Shown piece by piece: positions 58,130-64,000 of a DNA stretch of 64,000 nt. Where the stretch lies: the NCBI GenBank assembly GCA_963807605.1, contig CAWECG010000003.1, forward strand, positions 448,377 to 512,376, in the 5' to 3' direction. How positions within the stretch are numbered: position 1 is the first letter of the stretch; each line of letters starts with the position of its first letter. This DNA is from Candidatus Bathyarchaeota archaeon. Lineage in GTDB: Archaea; Thermoproteota; Bathyarchaeia; 40CM-2-53-6; RBG-13-38-9. Below the pieces are notes generated by a model. It was not told the origin of the DNA, ran no database searches, and was given only the letters and a program-made list of their open reading frames with translations. The position numbers and the translations under genes are program-made.

Positions 58130-59207
58130 TTCGCTCGACTCCTCTGGATCGCAAGAGTTCTTCGTACTGTGTCTTGAGGTGTGGTGGCAACTCGGCGTAC
58201 GTCCAGACGAAGAGGTCTTTGATCTCTTGAGGAGTAATGGATTCTGCCTTCTGGACGGCTTGTTGAACCTTTGCCATGGCTTCTGCTTGGACTCTCTTTT
58301 CGTACTCCTCATTCCAGAGTCCCTTGTGCTGCAGATACTTGCGTAACCTATCTACTGGATCTCGTTTGATCCATGCTTCCAACTCTTCCTTTGGCCTGTA
58401 TCTTGACGCGTCATCGGAGGTTGTATGGTCGGCTATTCTGTAGGTGACACACTCGATCATTGTGGGACCTTTGCCTGACCGGGCTTTCTCTAGAGCCTCT
58501 TTGGTAGCCTTGTACACGGCGAACACATCATTCCCATCAATTTGGATTCCTTCGAAGCCGTAAGCCAGCGCTTTCTGAGCTAACGTTTGCGAAGCAGTCT
58601 GTCGGCTTCTAGGGACCGATATTGCCCACTGATTATTCTCACATACGAAGACTATTGGTACCTTGAAGGTTCCGGCGAAATTAGAGCCTTCGTGAAAATC
58701 TCCTTTGGATGTTGCTCCGTCTCCAAGATAGACTAGGACCGCTTTTCGATCTCCTTTAAGTTTGGCGGCCCAGGCGAAACCGACTGCGTGAGGAATTTGG
58801 GTTCCCACGGGAACGGCGACGGTGAAGGCGTTAATGTTTTCTGGAATCTTATTCCCTCTTTCATCTCCGCCCCAATATTCATAGAGCATCTCCATCGGCA
58901 AACCCATGGCGATATATGCAGGATTTTCTCTAAACGATGGAAACATCCAGTCAGAACTCTCGAGAGCATACACGCTTGCCACCTGAGCAGCTTCCTGCCC
59001 CCTGGCTGAAGCATAGGTTCCGATCCTGCCTTCACGCTGCAACTTTACAGCAACATCATCGAAGGTTCTGGATAAGATCATCAATTCAAAAATTTCCTTG
59101 ATCTGGCTGTCAGATAGGTCAGGCTTCAGCGCTTCGTCACAATTTCCCTCCTCGTCAAGAATCTTCAAAATGGGAACATCGAATCTTGTGACAATCTCTC
59201 GTGGCAT
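58122..59207 (-). CDS. 2-oxoacid dehydrogenase E1 component alpha subunit (TPP-dependent)
   Basis: 361 aa with a TPP motif (GDGATSKGDFHEGSNFA ... ENNQWAIS) and a phosphorylation-loop-like region (YRIADHTTSDD). Confidence 0.85.
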   Translation of the reverse strand: MPREIVTRFDVPILKILDEEGNCDEALKPDLSDSQIKEIFELMILSRTFDDVAVKLQREGRIGTYASARGQEAAQVASVYALESSDWMFPSFRENPAYIAMGLPMEMLYEYWGGDERGNKIPENINAFTVAVPVGTQIPHAVGFAWAAKLKGDRKAVLVYLGDGATSKGDFHEGSNFAGTFKVPIVFVCENNQWAISVPRSRQTASQTLAQKALAYGFEGIQIDGNDVFAVYKATKEALEKARSGKGPTMIECVTYRIADHTTSDDASRYRPKEELEAWIKRDPVDRLRKYLQHKGLWNEEYEKRVQAEAMAKVQQAVQKAESITPQEIKDLFVWTYAELPPHLKTQYEELLRSRGVERNG

Positions 59208-59300
59208 GTTAACTCAGCCCAAAATCGCTTGCTCACCTAAGAATATGATCCGCCGTCTATAGATGGTTTTCCAGACTCTGTCACGCTTGGAAGTCGTGCT

Positions 59301-59579
59301 TCACTGACCTAGAGCCCATTGCTTTAGGGTCTCGTAGTCATGAGCTCCACAAAGCCATTTACCCGTCTTCTTGTTGAAGAAGAATGGGACTCCACCGCAG
59401 TATCCATTATCGATCTCTCTCAATAGACTGGCGTTTGCCTCGTTGTGCCATACCTCCAACCTTTTCACTTTCAAGTTCGTTTCTGTCTCTAAACGCTCTA
59501 TGAGGGCATCCATCTTTTTGCAATGGACGCATTCTGTCCCGTAAAACTCCAGCAGGTCCGAATCAACCACTTCGCTCAT
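59301..59579 (-). CDS. thioredoxin/glutaredoxin-like small redox protein
   Basis: 92 aa with CVHC (CxxC) after a beta strand and downstream GGVPFFF, the thioredoxin-fold cis-Pro region. Confidence 0.6.
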   Translation of the reverse strand: MSEVVDSDLLEFYGTECVHCKKMDALIERLETETNLKVKRLEVWHNEANASLLREIDNGYCGGVPFFFNKKTGKWLCGAHDYETLKQWALGQ

Positions 59580-60205
59580 TCATTCTACCATCCTGTAACA
59601 CTTACCGCCCTCTAACAAATAATTTAGAATCCGCAAACTGATAAATGTGAATTTCTAAAAAATATTCACGGCTTTCGGCTTGGTGCCAGAATGGCGGTAA
59701 CGTACTGATTTCGTGAGTCTGCTGTCTGAGATTTCTTGATCGACCTTAGAAAGAGGTAAACTGTAAAAAAAGGAGAGATCCTACGAGAGGGAACGAATAC
59801 ATTGACTAGAGTGAAGTCGGATCGCAAAGATTCTCTTTCTTCGCTGCTACACGACCACAAACCTTGCATATGAACTGAGCATTCTTGACGAGGTCTCTAA
59901 CTTCACCGACATCATACGTGTCTGACCAAATCTTGCATAGGTGGTTCTCATGTCCAACATGTGGCAACTTAACCATGGTTTTCTACATCCTGTGTTTATG
60001 CAGGTACGTATCGAGTTTTTGTCTACTTAAGTTTAGCTCCAAACTCGCCATTTTTTGGGCATCAGAAGTAGGCGGTAATACAAAACTTCCAAAGAAGAGG
60101 GGCGCGCGAGTAATCTCAAGAGCGCGCGCTTAGTCAGCGGAATGACTGCTGATTGGACACAGATGTAGACGCAGTGGTCAACCTTTTTTTGGATGATCTT
60201 CCTAA

Positions 60206-61108
60206 TTGATCTTGTTTAAGCAGTCTAACCTCTTCGTTAGATGCTCCTCAAGTGGATCTGAGGATTCTGTAATGCAAGAATTCGCTGGGCTTCATGAGAA
60301 GGTCTCAAAAAGTCCCTACACTCTTACGTTTGATGATGGACGCACTCTCATACTTCATGAAAATGCCGAGCCCGGTAGCGGAGATTCATCCCCCTTGCAG
60401 AAAGGCCTCATCATGCTTGTTAAGGGTCGACCTGTATGTGGTGAAGGCGTTGGATTTGGAGTTCCTGCACTGGAGTATCCGGGAAAGGTTTTCTTTTCCA
60501 CATCTGCCAAGGTCGAAGCCAGAGATGACGAGTTAATAAAGTACTTCTCGATTGACGCTTTCTCAAGAAAGGCTTGGAAGGAAAGATATCCCATAGAGAA
60601 CGGGATATACTCAGCTATACAAAGCAGACTGGCTAAGAGGTATCAGACTGACAAGAATAATCGTTCTCTGCTAACCAGTTTGATGAAACTCCAACATCTT
60701 CTAGGAGTTAAGTTATCTTTTCAGAGGGTCACGCCAAGAGGGATAGTCAAGATCACCTATCAACTGGCTGGAAATAAAGTGAAGGTTCGAGTTGATTGTT
60801 CGAAGATCGCAGACGAAATTCCTGAGAGACTTCTGATTTTCAACGAACAATCAAGCGATTTTAATCTCTACGAAGACTGTTTCGAGAAGTTGACAAACGA
60901 TCAGATAGGAGTGTGGGAGCTGGTGCACAGTGAAAGAGCGTGTCTAACCAATAGCTATGCAGAAACAACCTTGTGTGTTGAGGCTATTCCTGGAGCAGAG
61001 TTGTACAGGGGACGAGAACTTCTAAGGCCACGTTTGGACTGGTCCGGCTTTTGTTACGCAATTCCCTCCTTCGATCAAAGTTTCTGCTATACAATCAAGA
61101 TCACTTAG
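60206..61108 (+). CDS. hypothetical protein (300 aa)
   Basis: No recognisable motif. Its stop is 1 nt before the start of the radical-SAM gene, so the two are probably co-transcribed. Confidence 0.4.
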   Translation: MILFKQSNLFVRCSSSGSEDSVMQEFAGLHEKVSKSPYTLTFDDGRTLILHENAEPGSGDSSPLQKGLIMLVKGRPVCGEGVGFGVPALEYPGKVFFSTSAKVEARDDELIKYFSIDAFSRKAWKERYPIENGIYSAIQSRLAKRYQTDKNNRSLLTSLMKLQHLLGVKLSFQRVTPRGIVKITYQLAGNKVKVRVDCSKIADEIPERLLIFNEQSSDFNLYEDCFEKLTNDQIGVWELVHSERACLTNSYAETTLCVEAIPGAELYRGRELLRPRLDWSGFCYAIPSFDQSFCYTIKIT

Positions 61109-61109
61109 C

Positions 61110-62468
61110 GTGACCCTGTTGATCGATGTTCTCCTTATCTACCCTTTTCAGAGAACGAGATTCGATAGATCGCCGTTCAGGTTTCCACCATTAGGTATAG
61201 GTTACATAGCCTCTGTTCTTCAGCAACGAGGGTTCAAAGTAGATGTACTAGATTGTACATTTCAAGATGAAAACGATCTACTTGATCAAATTGAAGGATC
61301 AAAGCCCAAGATAATTGGTATCTATTCCATGTACTCGATGGAGAGAGAAAGCATCTCACTTGCAAGAAAGATCAAGCATACGGCCGATCTCTTGGTCGCG
61401 GGGGGGCCTCTCCCGACTATTAATCCCAAGATTTTCCTAGACGATTTCGACATCGCGGTTGTTGGTGAGGCGGAAGTGACTATGCTTGAGATCGTTGAAG
61501 ACTTTTTTGATCATAAAGAGCCAAAGAAAGTCAATGGAATCGTATTCAAGGACAATTTTGGAATTCAACATACACCGAAGAGGGAACATATAGTAGATCT
61601 TGATTTGATTCCCTTTCCTGCGAGAGAGCTTTTCGATAATGACGCCTACAGGGAATATTATCAGAAGAGCTTTGGATATACCATGACTTCGATGATATCC
61701 TCTAGAGGTTGCCCTTTCAAATGCGATTTCTGCAGTAGGCCTGTCTTTGGGGAGAGTTTCCGATCGAGGTCCGCGACTAATATCGTTGACGAAATGGAGT
61801 TGGTATCTAAGCTAGGGTACGATTCAGTCTGGTTTGCAGATGATTGCTTCACAGTGTCTAAAGATCGCGTTATTAAAATATGTGACGAGATTATTCGCCG
61901 AGATCTACGAATCAACTGGGAATGTCTCTCAAGGGTGGACACACGAGATCCTGAGATGTTTTTAGTAATGAAAAAGGCTGGATGCAGAAAAATATTTTTT
62001 GGGGTAGAGTCGGGCGATGAAAGAATCCTGAAGTTGATGAAAAAGAATGTGGATATCCGGGCTGCAAGAGAGGCAATTTACAACGCAAGTTCTGCGGGCA
62101 TTGGTACCGGCGCTTTCTTCATGATAGGTTACCCAGGAGAGAGCAATGACACCATTCTCAACACCATAAGATTTGGAACCACCCTTCCGTTAGACTATCT
62201 TTCATTCACACTCCCCTATCCGATACCTGGAACTGGTCTCTATGATAAGGTGAAAGATGTCTTAAGAGCGCCCTCGAAAAAGAAGATCCGACTAGTAGAT
62301 CACGAGCTTCACTTCAAATCCGAATTCTCAGAATTCAAATTAAAATTTGCAATAGTTAAAGCTACTGTGCAGTTTAGAATCCGAAAGTATCTTGGTGATA
62401 GAGGATATAGTATAGTGGGAAGGCCCTTTGAAAAAATCTCAGATATGATATTCAGATCATTAGAATAA
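61110..62468 (+). CDS. B12-binding-domain radical SAM protein (class B)
   Basis: N-terminal cobalamin-binding Rossmann domain (IGYIASVLQQRGFKVDVLD ... IIGIYSMYSMERESISLARKIK ... LLVAGGP) followed by a radical-SAM CxxxCxxC (CPFKCDFC) and TIM-barrel motifs. Confidence 0.75.
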   Translation: MTLLIDVLLIYPFQRTRFDRSPFRFPPLGIGYIASVLQQRGFKVDVLDCTFQDENDLLDQIEGSKPKIIGIYSMYSMERESISLARKIKHTADLLVAGGPLPTINPKIFLDDFDIAVVGEAEVTMLEIVEDFFDHKEPKKVNGIVFKDNFGIQHTPKREHIVDLDLIPFPARELFDNDAYREYYQKSFGYTMTSMISSRGCPFKCDFCSRPVFGESFRSRSATNIVDEMELVSKLGYDSVWFADDCFTVSKDRVIKICDEIIRRDLRINWECLSRVDTRDPEMFLVMKKAGCRKIFFGVESGDERILKLMKKNVDIRAAREAIYNASSAGIGTGAFFMIGYPGESNDTILNTIRFGTTLPLDYLSFTLPYPIPGTGLYDKVKDVLRAPSKKKIRLVDHELHFKSEFSEFKLKFAIVKATVQFRIRKYLGDRGYSIVGRPFEKISDMIFRSLE

Positions 62469-62594
62469 CGAACATTCTTCTACGCGTACGACAAAGGGTC
62501 ACCTAAGTGTGAGAGGCCACAATATCTTGGGGCATCATTTACCGGAATCAATGATGAGATAAAGTATGATAAAGTAGCAGGGAATCGCGACGAA

Positions 62595-63860
62595 ATGATA
62601 TTTCGGCAAAAAATTCGAAAAGAGCGGCTTGTGTTCTGCGCACTCAGTTTGGCTCTCCAATCTGCAATTGGGTTGTTTTTGGGCCATCAGTATGATATGC
62701 AAATATTCTACGCAACAGGCTACGAGGTATTTAACGGAACCACGCCTTACGGTATTCTTCCAACAAGTTCGATATTTAACCGCCCAGATTTTATAGGCTT
62801 AGTTCCAAGCATTGGGTATCCCCCTCCTTGGGCACTTTATCTTGGAGTTATTTATGGCGCAGTATATTTACCGACAAAAAACATATTTGCGTATAATCTT
62901 GCAATAAAACTGCCAAGCATCATTAGCAACATCGCTTTAGCCTTCTTGGCAGAGCAAATAGCAATTCAGGAAGGTCTTGACAGAAAGACCTCTAACAAGG
63001 TGTTCTATGTTCTTCTCTTTAATCCATTTATGATCTACATATCGGCGGCGTGGGGTCAATTTGATTCAATTGTAGTTCTAGCAACTGTTCTCGCTTTGAA
63101 TGAGCTATATCGTGGCAAAATCGGCATATCCTCAATTCTCATAGCTCTATCCATATCCTTGAAGATCATTCCGCTGATTCTGGTACCGATGTTTCTGCTT
63201 TTCATCATAAAGAATTACGGTTTGAAGTTCATATCAAAGTTCGTAGTGGGTTGCGTTGTTGCGTTTGCCACTTTTTCTTTTCTACCATTCAAGATCTTTG
63301 GTTGGGACCTTAGTTTCATTTTAAACAATTTGCAGGACCCATTTAGTAGAGCCGGGTGTTTTACTTTCTTTAACATTCTTGAATTGTTAAAAGATCGTGT
63401 TTCTCTTCCTCAAGAGTGGGCATTTTTGGGTTACCTGTGGATTCCAAGCCTAATTATCGGCTACTCTTGTCTTTCAAGGACTAGCCTGAATTCCAAGATG
63501 GATCTTTTCAGGTGGTCATCATCGATACTATTTGTTCTTATGCTCACAAGAAGCTGGGTTTCAGAGCAGAACGTTGTATTGTTGGTTCCAATGGTCATGC
63601 TTGTTTCAGTCATAGGTTTTGAGGGTTGGAAAATGTCACATCTCGTTTGGATAATTACTCTTATCTTCACTTTTCTCAATACAAGTCCGTTTCAGCTATT
63701 CTTCCTCGTATCGCCTAAACCGTATATCTGGATAAAAAGCCTAGACGAATCCTTTAGAACATCTAGACTCATCTTGAGATTTCTTGCGGTGATACCGTGG
63801 CAAATAGTAGGTTGGCATTATTTTAGGAGAACAATCAACGCGCGAAGGCTGTCTCTATGA
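62595..63860 (+). CDS. polytopic membrane protein, GT-C-like glycosyltransferase candidate
   Basis: 421 aa with 10 or more hydrophobic helices, large loops, and acidic residues in the first loop (YEVFNGTTPYG...RPDF). Resembles the DUF2029/GT-C mannosyltransferase-like topology but is unconfirmed. Confidence 0.4.
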   Translation: MIFRQKIRKERLVFCALSLALQSAIGLFLGHQYDMQIFYATGYEVFNGTTPYGILPTSSIFNRPDFIGLVPSIGYPPPWALYLGVIYGAVYLPTKNIFAYNLAIKLPSIISNIALAFLAEQIAIQEGLDRKTSNKVFYVLLFNPFMIYISAAWGQFDSIVVLATVLALNELYRGKIGISSILIALSISLKIIPLILVPMFLLFIIKNYGLKFISKFVVGCVVAFATFSFLPFKIFGWDLSFILNNLQDPFSRAGCFTFFNILELLKDRVSLPQEWAFLGYLWIPSLIIGYSCLSRTSLNSKMDLFRWSSSILFVLMLTRSWVSEQNVVLLVPMVMLVSVIGFEGWKMSHLVWIITLIFTFLNTSPFQLFFLVSPKPYIWIKSLDESFRTSRLILRFLAVIPWQIVGWHYFRRTINARRLSL

Positions 63861-64000
63861 CTTCCGTAGGAGGAGTTCCTTAAACGAAGCAGGAGAAAAC
63901 GCATAATCGTAAGGATCGGTAGTATGAACTGAGGCGGTCAATCATTTTGGCTAGGATCACAACACATTGGCTAGATGAAAAAGATTAACATGCTCGAATA

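Noticed and set aside
57155-58312. 60-residue N-terminal extension of E1-beta and similar extensions on NikR, PorA and the aminotransferase
   Set aside because: The ORF track starts at the first ATG/GTG/TTG in frame. The extensions overlap upstream genes or lack counterparts in the protein families, so internal starts are more plausible.

Overview
The window reads as an archaeal chromosomal segment. Archaeal hallmarks are TFE, MBF1, NAC, aTrm56, digeranylgeranylglycerophospholipid reductase and A1A0/V-type ATPase A/B/D. No rRNA, convincing tRNA or CRISPR array was found.

Layout:
- About 11.3-47.3 kb and 51.4-59.6 kb are mostly core metabolism and information processing. They hold GGR, NADP-isocitrate dehydrogenase, YjbQ, HD hydrolase, Zn-ADH, a corrinoid protein, TFE-Trm56-MBF1-PUA, NAC, atpABD, aminotransferase, an M20 amidohydrolase, a rubrerythrin-like gene, pyruvate/2-oxoacid:ferredoxin oxidoreductase GDAB, NikR-LarB-LarE, a Bcp peroxiredoxin, aconitase, a Ni/Co ECF transporter CbiMNQO, a NuoE/NuoF/NuoG-N-term-like flavoprotein module, a Gfo/Idh/MocA oxidoreductase and 2-oxoacid dehydrogenase E1ab-E2.
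- About 0.4-11.1 kb and 47.5-51.5 kb are accessory-looking. They carry small hypothetical or membrane genes, an IS element with 23-bp terminal inverted repeats, and a previously unrecognised family of about 50-nt dispersed/tandem repeats (core 'gatgctctcaccagctaaggcgcacacac') that brackets individual small genes in a cassette-like fashion.

Other notable points:
- At least three conserved genes (atpB C-terminus, rubrerythrin, a second nikR) are interrupted by single-base frameshifts at short homopolymers. This argues for under-called homopolymer sequencing errors or recent decay.
- A nickel-centred regulon is present: nikR with larB/larE, and a frameshifted nikR paralog with cbi/nikMNQO whose ATPase carries a His-rich tail.
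- A HydB/HydC-like NuoEF module with a stand-alone NuoG-N-terminal ferredoxin has no catalytic partner in the window.
- A B12-binding radical-SAM gene is paired with a GT-C-like membrane protein.
- GCGCGCGC octamers are enriched strictly in intergenic DNA.
- Three membrane proteins share a C-terminal zinc ribbon.

All calls come from reading the sequence and the ORF translations; no database search was run.
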